Assembly (NCBI GenBank): GCA_964019335.1
Contig: OZ025706.1
Coordinates: 1-64,000, forward strand
Source of the DNA: Diplonema japonicum
Lineage: Eukaryota > Protista > Euglenozoa: Diplonemea
Reading direction: 5' to 3'
Length of the DNA: 64,000 nucleotides
In this document: positions 31,353 through 41,719 of the stretch, in pieces
How the letters are laid out: every line of letters begins with the position of its first letter
Position numbering within the stretch: position 1 is the stretch's first letter
The notes under the pieces: model-generated
Seen by the model: only the letters and a program-made list of their open reading frames with translations
Database searches by the model: none
What the model was told of the DNA's origin: nothing
Position numbers and translations under genes: made by a program

Positions 31353-32577
31353 TTAGAAGTTCATGATAAGACCCCCCTGGGAGATTCCCTTGAATACCCC
31401 CCAAGACCAGCCGTAGAGTACCTGAGGTAGTGAAAGTGGCAAGAAAACATACCACGACAGAGGTCAGCAAGCCCACCCCGGATGTGGTGCAGACGGTCGC
31501 GTACTTTATCGCCTGTGGCAGCAACGGGGCCGTGTCACTCATCTCTGAAACAGACTCGTCCCCCTCCATGTCCTGGAATTGTGTGTCGGTCTCCGGTTCA
31601 GGGGGAGCATGTTGTGCCTCAAACTCGTGTTCTTCCAGCCATGCATCGTAACATCTCCGTTTCCTCTCGTCACTCAGGTGCGTGTACGCGTTCGTAATCT
31701 CCTTCATCCTCTTCTCATTCTCCGCTTTCACTTCCGGCGTACGTGTTGTGTTTCTGTCAGGGTGATATGTCAGCGCCAGCTTTCTGTACGCTTTCTGAAT
31801 CTCCTTAAAATCTTCGTTCCTGTCCACACCAAGCTCTTCATACAGGCTGCCCCCTGATGCTGTCTTGAAGTTCCCCGAATCCATGTCCTCTTCCTCTCCT
31901 CGCCGTTCTTCTATATGAAGGTAAGCACGCAGAGTTACTGCCCATACACAGTAAGCAATCATGCCACCCCAGTATGAACCGTAGCCTTTGTACCTACACA
32001 CAAGGTGCCCCACAAAAGCTCCTACTGACCTCGCAAGTGTTGTGCCAAGCACGTCAAAGAAAGTGCGCTTGTAGCTCACAGACCGCTGACCGAAGAGGCG
32101 GTCTATAGTTGGAGCGGCAAGGGAAAAGAGCAGGGACGACGTTGCGGGCACCAGATACCTGCTCAATGTTCGCATGAAAGCAGCCGTTGCAGTGCAAGGA
32201 CTGATGCTGGAGGAGACATACTCTTCTGCAAAGTCTGCACCTCTGCCAGGAGCGAAGCAGCGCAACATGGCTTCCGGAACTATGAAAGACCCCACATATA
32301 AGCACAACCTTGTGGACCAAAGCCGTGAGAAGTAATAACTCTCCAACCACTGGAGAGACATAGCATCTAAAGTCACTTTCACGTTCCCACCCTCGAAAAT
32401 CAGCAGCAGGTATGTCAAGCCTTTCGTGAGAAGCTTCTTCAAGGCGTACGTAGCAAGCCCGTGCGCAGCGTTGGTCTTGTTGTTCATCACCTCCAACAGG
32501 CTGACGGTGCCCGCAAGCACTTCATCATCCCACTCGTCCGCAAGCATGTCCCACACATCATTGGCAGCGACATTCAT
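31353..32577 (-). CDS. Membrane protein with a C-proximal J-domain (DnaJ co-chaperone); 31-nt terminal intron
   Basis: LYEELGV...[17 protein letters not shown]...[16 protein letters not shown]. Splicing out GTATGTTTT...CTCAG ends the protein at IMNF* and removes the apparent overlap with the next gene. Confidence 0.8.
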
Positions 32578-32665
32578 ATGTGTGAGACCTTGTAGGAATC
32601 CCAAGTTGTGCAGCAACCTTAAAAACCTCAAAACTAACCACCACCCGTGTAAAGAACTACTACAA

Positions 32666-33006
32666 CTAGTACACAGCCTTTGTTACTGTCGGCCGCTGTT
32701 TTATCGATGCGTTGATTTCTGTTGTGTTGGGTAAGATGTCACGTGGCGCACACCTGCTTTCGTCACGGAATGCTTGAATCCCGGCACCACTCCTTTGCTC
32801 ATCTTGGGTATCCCCCACACATGTGGACTGTGTTTCGTATATCACTGACTGCAAGGTGCATACTTGGGCAGCTTATCTGCATCGCGCATCAGGTCGTTCA
32901 AAAATCTGTCTTCATTCGCCTGCGAACGTTTGTATATCTTCCTTGCCTTCTTGCCCTGGGGGAACAGGTTGGGCCCTGACCGTGCCACCTGCGCCGCGCC
33001 GCTCAT
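32666..33006 (-). CDS. Small basic hypothetical protein, 89 aa, introns 32828-32863 and 32719-32753
   Basis: Spliced frame [89 protein letters not shown]. Confidence 0.6.
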
Positions 33007-33082
33007 ATCGCCGCCTGTGCTGCAAAGTAACCATTAATGTTGTTAGCAGACTTCAAAATCGTTTATTGACAATACAAAAAAT

Positions 33083-34516
33083 CTATTTCTTATCTAAGGC
33101 TTCGAGGTCAAGCCACTCTACACTAACTTGCTCCCAAATAGGTTTTTTCTGGTTGGGTACCCGCGTCACTGTGACCTCCATGAATTGGTGCTTGTTGCGG
33201 TTCACAGGAGACGTGAAGTTTCCCGGATTGAGGGCCACCTAGATAGAGGTAAACTTCTAAGGTATACATACCACTTTGTCTGTCCTGTCACGCTCGTTGA
33301 GGATGACCGCCTCGGCAAAGGGTTGCAAGGCGGGTAGGATAAGCACGTCAGGCGTGGAAGAAGTGAAAGTGAGATGCTCGGCAAGAGAAACATCAAGAGG
33401 GACACTCGAGTTGGGAGGGAGCGATGGGTAAAGCGACCCTGCTGCGAGGATCTCATCCAAAGCCATTTTCTGTGCAGGCTTCATAGAGGTCGGGTCGGAT
33501 GCATCATAAGGAGAGAAGACGCCCACATTGGTGTCGGAGCCCACGTTATGCGTCATGTCCTGTCGCAGTGCTTTCAGAACGTCGAGAGAGGTGACTGCCA
33601 CATCGACGCCGTTGATGTTAAACCGCCCAGGGTTGTTCAGACTGAAGACGCCCTCTGTGCTGTCGAAGGTGTACCCCGGCTGTGGATACACGTACTCATT
33701 GAACGGGTCGTCAAGAGACGGTACGAAAATAAGTTGTGGCTTCTTCCCCTTCAGTTCCTCAGGGAAATATGAAAGAGTGTCGTCCTCCTCCAAGAAGCCA
33801 ACATCATCTGAGTCACGTTCCAACGACAAAGGCCCCACGATCAGCAAGGCACCCGTGCCTCTAGCGTTGCTGTGGTGGATCAGACGCTTTACGTACTGCA
33901 GGGACTTCGAAAGGGACTGGTCGAAGGGCCCCGCAGCCACCATCATCTTGAACGACGACTCGTTGGCGGGGGCAGTACCTTCCGTCCTAGGTTTCTTCTT
34001 TGCGTGCATGGCTTCCGCGAAGTCTGCTTCCTTTTTCGCACCCGACGACATGAGGGGGGTGGGGTTCGTCACACGAACCCCTTTGATGGTCCCTTGGCCA
34101 TGGTATTTGAACTCACCTGTAAGCCCGAAGACCTTGCCAGGGTACATCGAGTAGGGCGTGGCTCTGCGATCCAGGGTTACGTCGCTAACTCCATATTTCT
34201 CCTTGCAGCCCTCAACACGTACCCAGTTCACATCGTCTTTGTCCATGTTCTTAACGCGCACCAGGTGCTTCTGCGCGTCCTGGCTCACACCACCCACAGC
34301 CACTGTGTTCTCCACCGAGAATTGCTCCATGCACCGCACACCTAGCTCTTTCATCCTCTCGTTGACGTAGATGCTTCGCACCTCTGGCGTGTCGCCGTTG
34401 ATGGCGCGTACCGGCTGCTTCAACGGCCTCACTGTGGGTATGCCGTTCATCTTATCGAGCTTCGTGTGCTGTGAAAACTGCTTCACATTACTAACAAAGG
34501 GCGTCGGCGCGCTCAT
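33083..34516 (-). CDS. POLA2: DNA polymerase alpha subunit B (Pol12), 466 aa, intron 33239-33271
   Basis: YSMYPGKVFGLTG, MVAAGPF, LIVGP, FVPSLDD...YPQP, NPGRFNING, LYP and PDVLILP; the spliced last exon restores VALNPG. Confidence 0.85.
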
Positions 34517-34695
34517 ATTGTTTTTTTTAATTTCCTGTAGTGGTGAACAAGTTGCATATCTGTCATGTGTATGGCTAGGGTCGCTGCAGTACAACAATTC
34601 AATGGATGTGAAGTCGGCGAAGCTCGAGATGACAGAACAAAATGGTATGCGGTGGATAGGCAAAGCAGAAGTAATAACGGTAGTAAATCTATACC

Positions 34696-36046
34696 TCAGC
34701 GAACCTCGTACCCCTTGTCCATCAGCATTTTGAAGCAATCCCTTAGTGCGTCCATGACCACAACTGTAGGGCTGGACGTCTTCACCTGTTGCAGCCTCTC
34801 GGTGAGCTGCTTCTCCTCGATGGTTGCTCTTACCTGCAGTATGTTTGGCTCCTCGATGTGCAGTACCTTTTTGCCCCACGCCCCGTGGTCTGTCCCGCTG
34901 CAAAATGCCAGTGCTTTCACTAGCTTGATTGCTGATACCTGTGTGTGTTGCAGACTTTATTTCCTCAAATGACAACACCACCTTCACGTTTTCGGCGCTG
35001 GACTTCAAAGACTTCTCCGCTAAATCCATTAGGCACGCTGCGTCTGTGCGCAGCCACTGCGCTGTCACGACCTTGTCGGGTTCTTGTGGCGAGTTCAAAA
35101 GCTCTACTGCCACTTTGCAGCAGTGATCTTGGATGACCACAACGTCCTTCGGCGCTTCCCTCAGTTGGAACTGTGCAACCTCCGTCAACAGCACGCGCAA
35201 TCTTTCATGTTTTCTCAGCTGCTGTCGCTTTGCAGCAGCCACCTTTGCTAATATTCTCACATTCTTCACCAGCCGTTCTCTGTTTTCTGCAGCGATCGAT
35301 AAGTCCATGTTATCAAGGGTCACAGGCACCTTGTTGGGCTTCTCCACCTTTTGCTTCTTGGCATCCTGCTCTTTTTTCTTCATTAGGTCCTCCCTCACCC
35401 GTTTCAGCCTCGCAGCGCCTGCAGCGTCACCAGTCTTGGGCTCAGGGGGTTTTGTCACTTCTACCTTAGCCTTCTTCTTGGAAGCAAGAGTGTCCTTCGT
35501 GATCAAAGGCGTCGGGTGCCTTGCTGCATGTTCTTCCATCTGACGCAGTCTTTCAGCAGCTGCCTTCTCCATCTCTTCCTCTGCTTTGCGTCTCTCTTCT
35601 CTGGCCCTGTTGAAGGCTCTGTCGCAAGCGTTGGCTTCATCCTTCTCCATTTGGCCCTCTGCTGCGCGTTGCTCCTTGTAAGTGAGCACTAGCTCATCTG
35701 ACACAGGCCTGGCCTCCCCGCACCTGTTGCACTTGAATCTATGGCCCCAGTTCACGTTTTGACACTCTTTACATTCCCAGTCCTTTTCAGTCCTTGTATG
35801 GTTTGAGTTCTTGGGTATCGACGCATTGCCAGTGGGACCATGTTTTGCTTTTGTGTCTTTCATCTCGTAATTGCCTGATGCGCCGGACTCTGTGTGCGTC
35901 CATGCTTTGTTGTCGTCACTAAGCTCTACCCCGAGCGTGAGCAGCCTTTCCTTCACCCGATCTGCCTCGGCCCAGTCCCTGGAAAGCCTGTGCAGCTGCC
36001 TTTCTTCACATAGTGCCTGTATTTTCGACCATTCAACCTCTTCCAT
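34696..36046 (-). CDS. Putative RNA-binding protein: CysRS C-terminal-like helical domain + RanBP2-type zinc finger + coiled coil; one intron near 34940-34980
   Basis: IQALCEERQLHRLSRDWAEADRVKERLLTLGVELSD and DWECKECQNVNWGHRFKCNRCGEARP. The frame switches to the 34696-34920 ORF after a ...CACAG acceptor; the exact donor is uncertain. Confidence 0.65.
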
Positions 36047-36144
36047 GATAACCTGTATGACCTTTGGGGGTTGTAGCAATTTTGACTAACGTTACGCGAG
36101 TGATACATCTGCTAAGTACTCTCGCCACTCTCTTTTCAGTTTCT

Positions 36145-36825
36145 TCACTGCTCGCTCCTCTTCGTCGGAAAGCTGTGCGGTAGATATGGTGGATAATGGT
36201 TCATTAGACACACCTCTAAGTTGTGTGCAGTGTCCACCATCCGTTGGTACGCCACGTCAAGCCCCACTGCAAGGGATTCGAACTCTGCGGTGTACACAGA
36301 GTCGCGTGCCTTGCTGAGGTGGGCTACAAAATCGTTAATGTCACTGATGAGCTCGCTGCCCACTTGTGGCGCCTTTGAAGCAAAGGGTGTGGCATGTCGA
36401 GTTGCAGTAGCCGAAGGCGCTGAGGTGGATGGAGGCACGGGTGCACGTTCAGCGGCCGTCGTGTGCATGTGAGGAGGGTGAGGCACCCCAGGCACATGCT
36501 CCGCGAGATGGCTGGCACCCTGTGGTGGCTGGTTCATGTAATGCACATAGTGATGGATATGGATGACTCTTGGTGATCGTTTGGCCTTTTTCTTGGTTTT
36601 CTTCACTTCTTCTGCTTCGCTCGTGACTCCCCCCCACTGCTGCATCACCTGCTGCTGCAGCGGGTGGAGCTGCTGCGGCTTTGGTTGCACAGGCGGTATT
36701 TGCAACTTGAGGGCGTCAAGCGACGGCGTCTCGTCTAGCGTGAGATTCCAGTCTTCTGTCCAGTCTATGTTCCCGGTGTTCGAGCGTCTGAAGGCCCGAC
36801 AGAGGGTTCTCGGGAGTCGGTTCAT
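36145..36825 (-). CDS. Hypothetical protein, possibly mitochondrion-targeted; start uncertain
   Basis: 226-aa ORF starting MNRLPRTLCRAFRRS, with an IHIHHYVHY motif; overlaps the upstream DnaJ ORF by 110 nt. Confidence 0.55.
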   Translation of the reverse strand: MNRLPRTLCRAFRRSNTGNIDWTEDWNLTLDETPSLDALKLQIPPVQPKPQQLHPLQQQVMQQWGGVTSEAEEVKKTKKKAKRSPRVIHIHHYVHYMNQPPQGASHLAEHVPGVPHPPHMHTTAAERAPVPPSTSAPSATATRHATPFASKAPQVGSELISDINDFVAHLSKARDSVYTAEFESLAVGLDVAYQRMVDTAHNLEVCLMNHYPPYLPHSFPTKRSEQ

Positions 36826-37324
36826 ATTGCGGTGTAAGGTAACACAAACCCAATATGCCTACAATAAATGCTGCAAGAAAGGCCCCCCCTAAGGCCCGTT
36901 CTTCGTCAGCTTCCCTCCCGATGTCTTTCACGAATGACTCCTGGCCGCGTTTCAGGACTGAGCTGGCTTGGAGCCGCCGACCGCCTTTGGAGTCAATCTC
37001 CCATTTTTCAGCAAAATCCCATGTTTTGGGGTTTCTGGGCCGTCTTTTGGTGCTATGGGTATTGCTTGGTTGGTTGGTTTTGTATAGGTGGTTTACCGAG
37101 CCAAATTGCCCCTCCGCTTTGCTTGCGGTCTCCTCTGCAAGGAGCACCGTCTGGTACGCGCGCTTGATCTTGAGAAACTCCTCTGCACTACCCCCAAGAT
37201 CAGGGTGGTGCCTCAACACCTGCTTCTGATACGCCGCTTTGATCGTCCTTTTGTCGGCACCCTTATTCAACTTCAAAATAGCCCATGGATCGAGCTGCTT
37301 CAACACCCGCAGCTTTTTGCTCAT
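36716..37324 (-). CDS. Small J-domain protein with a C-terminal transmembrane helix
   Basis: DPWAILKL...IKAAYQKQVLRHHPDLGGSAEEFLKIKRAYQ; TM segment ALGGAFLAAFIVGILGLCYL. Confidence 0.8.
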   Translation of the reverse strand: MSKKLRVLKQLDPWAILKLNKGADKRTIKAAYQKQVLRHHPDLGGSAEEFLKIKRAYQTVLLAEETASKAEGQFGSVNHLYKTNQPSNTHSTKRRPRNPKTWDFAEKWEIDSKGGRRLQASSVLKRGQESFVKDIGREADEERALGGAFLAAFIVGILGLCYLTPQYEPTPENPLSGLQTLEHREHRLDRRLESHARRDAVA

Positions 37325-37452
37325 ATTGGGCCTTAAGGAACGCTGGGTAAGAACAACACAAAGAAAAGAAAGGAAAACAAAACTGCGACCGACACGAATA
37401 TATAAAATGTACACTAGACGGGATCAAAAAGAATATTTCTTTTCTTTTTTTT

Positions 37453-39495
37453 CTATTTTTGCACAGTTTGTTCCTCTTCTTCTTCTTCTTCTTCTTCTTC
37501 CTCTTCGACTGGTATTACGGACACGGTAGTCAAGTCGTGAGTGTGTTGTGTGTCCTGCTGCGACTCTTCAATTTCCTTCGCGATCATCTCCTCTTCTTCT
37601 TCGTCATCGCTGCCTCCACATGGGAGGTATTTCTTGAGAACGTAGTATAACAACAACAACAATACGAAGATGAAGGCGACGAAGTCGAGGATAAGCGCAG
37701 CGACGGCGTACTCAGAAGTCTTCATGCACTGATCGATGTTAGACGAGAACAGCCAGTCGAAGCCAAGAACGATCAATACGACACGTGTGGCAAGAGGGAG
37801 TATCAACCACTTCGTAGATTTGCCTAGAGAGGCAAGACCTTTTCTATTAATCATGAAGAAGACCCCGAACAATACACAAGTCAGGAGCAGCTCACCCACG
37901 AGCCAGTATGCATATTTATCACCACAGTTATTATGCCCCATGCCCACCACCAACGTGAACGTGTGGTACATTAGATAGTACACCAATATCACTAAGGTGA
38001 ACCTCACTGTGCGGGCAGGCGGTGCGTATGGCGGGTACGAAAAGGTCCTCTTCATCCCCCACACTGTTGAGTTCTTCTGGATGATCAGGTTCCACAAAGA
38101 TGATATAATAGCACGCGCTACGTTTACCAAAGCTAGATGAACAGCCAGCAGCAGGTACCCGTCATTGTACTCGCCGCCTTTGAGCTGATGCTGGTGAAGA
38201 TACGCGTTGAAAAGCGCGAAAGGAAAAGAAACAAACATGGCGTGCAGCTGCCGGCAGAGATGGAACAACTGGCGCAGATCCCACATAATGATAAATTTAT
38301 CGTTCTCCAGCTGGTACTCCGTTGGCCACCACAAAGACCTTATATATATCCAAGCAGAGTTAATCTCCAGAAGTGGGAGAGCAGGGACGGCCTTGAGCCA
38401 ATACATAGGTAGGATGGGGAGGGACTTCGCGTTGGCGTCCTGCATCTCGCTGTATAGCTTTGAAAGAACTACGAACTCGATGAAGCCACCCGACAGATAG
38501 ACCAGACCAGCGTAGTTGGACCACATCGTGTTGCCTTCTAGACGTAAGTCGAAAATGTGAAGCCCTGCAACGCCTACCTCAAGAAGCATGAAGACAATGG
38601 CGACAATGAGGACCAGGGGATGGTTGTATGTCTCGGCGAGGATTTCCGAACAGCTGCTGGGCTGCTCGTCGTGCACGTGGGGGTGGTCGTGAAGGAGTTG
38701 CTCCCACTCAGCTCCGAGGTTTGCAAGCTTTTCCTTGTCCTCCTTCGATATATTGATCTCTTTCATGGCGAAGCACCAATCGAGAAACTCCAAGTTCCCG
38801 TCCCTCCCGCTCTCTGGTGCACAGTCACCGCCTGTCTTCGACGGGTCGTTGCTCAGCTTCGCGTTAACGCTCTTCTGGATATCGGCGCGGAGGTGCGTCA
38901 GCTTGTCGACCCCCGCCTCCTTGATGATAGCGACCATGATGTGCACGTTGGGACAGGAATGAGCTGCCCTCCATATCCTCTTCGTGATCATCTGCTCCTG
39001 CAGGTAATTGAAGATTGCGTGCTGCGCACCCCGCAGACTGGCATCTTCTCGCCCGATGAGCCCCACCACGTCCACCATGTTGGGGTCCAGCCCTTCCCGC
39101 ACGATGGTAGAATACTCCTTGATTGCCTGCATCACCTTGCATCGTTCTTCTTGGCCCTTTTTTTTTAGCTTCTGCTTTGGTTGTTCTGCCACAGGTTCTG
39201 TAGGTGCGACCTCTACAGGTACCCCTGCGACCTCCTCTTCAGCAGGTTCCCGCCTACCTGTCGCCACCGAGACCATCTTTCCATACGCCGTTTTGACCAA
39301 TGTTGAGAATCCCTGTAACCACCCCTTCGTTTTGTTTCCCCCATCGCTCTTCACCTCTTCGGACCTTCTGTCGGATGTATCGTCGGAGTCCCTCCTCGAT
39401 GTCACTTCGGTTGCCTCATCGTTCTCGTTCACGTCGGCGACGGTACTTTCATGACGCTCCGCAGGCTGTGAAAGGTGAATGTGTGGTGTGTGCAT
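37453..39495 (-). CDS. Hypothetical multi-pass membrane protein
   Basis: 680-aa ORF with a soluble acidic N-half, about 9 hydrophobic helices and a Glu-rich tail; start uncertain. Confidence 0.7.
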   Translation of the reverse strand: MHTPHIHLSQPAERHESTVADVNENDEATEVTSRRDSDDTSDRRSEEVKSDGGNKTKGWLQGFSTLVKTAYGKMVSVATGRREPAEEEVAGVPVEVAPTEPVAEQPKQKLKKKGQEERCKVMQAIKEYSTIVREGLDPNMVDVVGLIGREDASLRGAQHAIFNYLQEQMITKRIWRAAHSCPNVHIMVAIIKEAGVDKLTHLRADIQKSVNAKLSNDPSKTGGDCAPESGRDGNLEFLDWCFAMKEINISKEDKEKLANLGAEWEQLLHDHPHVHDEQPSSCSEILAETYNHPLVLIVAIVFMLLEVGVAGLHIFDLRLEGNTMWSNYAGLVYLSGGFIEFVVLSKLYSEMQDANAKSLPILPMYWLKAVPALPLLEINSAWIYIRSLWWPTEYQLENDKFIIMWDLRQLFHLCRQLHAMFVSFPFALFNAYLHQHQLKGGEYNDGYLLLAVHLALVNVARAIISSLWNLIIQKNSTVWGMKRTFSYPPYAPPARTVRFTLVILVYYLMYHTFTLVVGMGHNNCGDKYAYWLVGELLLTCVLFGVFFMINRKGLASLGKSTKWLILPLATRVVLIVLGFDWLFSSNIDQCMKTSEYAVAALILDFVAFIFVLLLLLYYVLKKYLPCGGSDDEEEEEMIAKEIEESQQDTQHTHDLTTVSVIPVEEEEEEEEEEEEQTVQK

Positions 39496-39620
39496 ACTGC
39501 ATAGGTTTCCTCACTAGAGTCGTCGAACGGGTCATGCACGCTAGAAGCACGCTTGGAACCCACCATGTATCCTGTGTGAGCTAAGTGGCATGGAGGGAAA
39601 GTGTCATATAACCCAACTCT

Positions 39621-40487
39621 TTAGAGACCTAGAGTTCTCTGATTCAAGACAAAGTACCAAAAGCCAGCACCAAACAGACCGCCACCCACACCGTCGGCGC
39701 GGCTAGACCCGGTAAGCGACATCAGGATCTTGAAAGCATCATAGCCGATTACAAAGTACCCAATGTGCAAGGCCTTGGCGGGGACGAAGAAGAACATCAT
39801 CTGCATATTGGGCTGCATCAAACAAGTAACGGCGATCAACGACGAGCAGCAAGCGTGCGCACCACTCTGCACGCTGTACACAGGCATCCAGCCCTTCTGG
39901 GATGCGTTTTCGTGTATCACAAAATAGACATTAGAAGCCACACCAGCACCCACCGCAACCTGCCAGAACCTGGCCCTTCCAAGGTTCACCATCACGACAG
40001 GGGCCAGCGAGTACAGGATGAGGCATGAAAAGAGCAACCCGAAGATGTCAGTATGCAAGAGCAGGGATGTGACGAAGGGGTACACCCGTCCAGCATTGCT
40101 GCTGCTTAGCATGAAGTTCTCGGACAAGAACTTCTTCCCGCTCCCTGGCATGATCAGGAACAGCAGCCACAGGATGAGCATCAGCGAGATGACATACCTC
40201 AGCGCGTCTATGTCCTTGTCGGTAGTCTGCTGGGGTGTGAACCCAAACTCTGCTAGCTTAAGATCCAGCTGCCTCCATATGCCGTCCATCTTCACCTTTG
40301 CATTTTGGTATCCGTCATTCGAGGTCAGTTTCTTCAGACCTTCCTGCGCGGCCTTCTCCAGCTTGTTCTTGTCAAATCCTCCTTTCTTGTCCAACAGCGT
40401 GTTACATTTGTGCAGGCACCGCATCTGCTTTGGCAGTCTGCCCCCCACCAGCAGTGCTGTCCCAAACTGGGTCACTGCTCGATTCAT
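39621..40487 (-). CDS. Mitochondrial rhomboid-like protein lacking the catalytic Ser/His
   Basis: Presequence-like N-terminus, GRVYPFVTSLLLH and LGRARF. QSGAHA replaces GASG, and ADGVGGGLFG replaces AHLGG..G. Confidence 0.75.
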   Translation of the reverse strand: MNRAVTQFGTALLVGGRLPKQMRCLHKCNTLLDKKGGFDKNKLEKAAQEGLKKLTSNDGYQNAKVKMDGIWRQLDLKLAEFGFTPQQTTDKDIDALRYVISLMLILWLLFLIMPGSGKKFLSENFMLSSSNAGRVYPFVTSLLLHTDIFGLLFSCLILYSLAPVVMVNLGRARFWQVAVGAGVASNVYFVIHENASQKGWMPVYSVQSGAHACCSSLIAVTCLMQPNMQMMFFFVPAKALHIGYFVIGYDAFKILMSLTGSSRADGVGGGLFGAGFWYFVLNQRTLGL

Positions 40488-40578
40488 CTTGTTGTTATCA
40501 CTCTGTTGTGTGTTTGTCTCCGGCACAATAACAATGATGTATTAATACTGTGGAAATGTAAATGTATTTGTGTAAAGA

Positions 40579-41643
40579 TCACTCGTTATCAAAGCTTGGC
40601 GCCTTTGAGACAAAGCTCTTGAGCTCTTCTTCATCAAGCTCGTCGGCCATCTTACCGAACTTGTCGATCTCCGCCTCCCTGAACTTGCTCCACACCTCCT
40701 GCTGGTAGGCAACGTAAAGTGAAGCGCAAGCTGCGGCCATGAAGTTTGTGCCGACAATGACGAAAGGCGCCACCTGATTGGCTCGGCATAAACCTGCCGG
40801 CAGGGCACCCAAGGGAAGGGTTTGTAAGATAGACGATCTCTTTTGCTGTGCAACCTTGCTATCTATGTCCATAGGAACCCTTCCAAGGATCTCCTCGCAC
40901 TTGACGCCTGCTTCGATGTTCAGTGCTGTACAGTAGAAGAACCCTGGTGTGATGAGCATCCCGGAGTAAAACAGATGCGAGCCTGTGACATGCGCAGGCA
41001 GCCATGGAGTGCAGGCCAAGGTGATGGCTACGAAGTTTGCGAATCCCTGCCCCACGGTGGTCGACAATGTTTGGATGTGGTCTACCGTGGGGCAATTATT
41101 CACGACCGTTTTGTTCCTTTGGTAGTCAGCAAATTTGTTCGCAAACACGAACAGGGACGTTGCCACCAAAGTGCTTCCCACATCGCGAATCACACGTGCG
41201 ACGTACGACACCTGTGTGAGGCTCGCAGGGCCCATCATCGTTGTTTTGATGATGATATCGCACACAAGGTACCCACCTGCAACTGTAAATGCCGTCCTCC
41301 CAAAGTATGAAGGGAGCCTTGACTCAATGTGCTGGCTGGCGCCACCCAAAATCGACAAATGCAATGGCAGCCACACAGCCTCCGTCCACAGTATGGTTGG
41401 GATGATGATGGGCTTGATGTGCTTCGCAACATACTTGCAGTACACAGGGACTCCTATGAGGTTGCCCAGCACAGTGCCCACAGCAAAAGCCTTTATCATC
41501 TCCTTTGAGCTAATGGGCAATCGCTCTTCTCGCTTTTTAATTGCTTTCTTACGGACAACCTGGAGAAAGAAGTCACCGACACACATCGCAAACCCCGAGC
41601 TGGCGCTGATCTTCAGCGCTACTATCGCTAAAGGCAGTGGCAT
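40579..41643 (-). CDS. Mpv17/PMP22-like membrane protein with a C-terminal extension
   Basis: LKISASSGFAMCVGDFFLQ...FAVG...P.Y...EAVWLP pattern; several hydrophobic helices. Confidence 0.5.
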   Translation of the reverse strand: MPLPLAIVALKISASSGFAMCVGDFFLQVVRKKAIKKREERLPISSKEMIKAFAVGTVLGNLIGVPVYCKYVAKHIKPIIIPTILWTEAVWLPLHLSILGGASQHIESRLPSYFGRTAFTVAGGYLVCDIIIKTTMMGPASLTQVSYVARVIRDVGSTLVATSLFVFANKFADYQRNKTVVNNCPTVDHIQTLSTTVGQGFANFVAITLACTPWLPAHVTGSHLFYSGMLITPGFFYCTALNIEAGVKCEEILGRVPMDIDSKVAQQKRSSILQTLPLGALPAGLCRANQVAPFVIVGTNFMAAACASLYVAYQQEVWSKFREAEIDKFGKMADELDEEELKSFVSKAPSFDNE

Positions 41644-41719
41644 CCTAGTGTAATTGCCTGTAAACAAAAGATTACTGTAGAGCGCACGTCAGAGAAAAGA
41701 AATTCGAACGGTACAATGC

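Noticed and set aside
31183-31353. Apparent overlap of the DnaJ ORF with the CCAR1-like gene
   Set aside because: A 31-nt GTATG-CAG intron ends the DnaJ protein at 31353.
33257-36079. 940-aa zinc finger-DNA polymerase alpha B fusion ORF
   Set aside because: It is better explained as two genes. The middle is an intron, an out-of-frame exon and a spacer that happen to lack stops, and POLA2 has its own acceptor and ATG at 34516. A fusion by intron retention cannot be strictly excluded.
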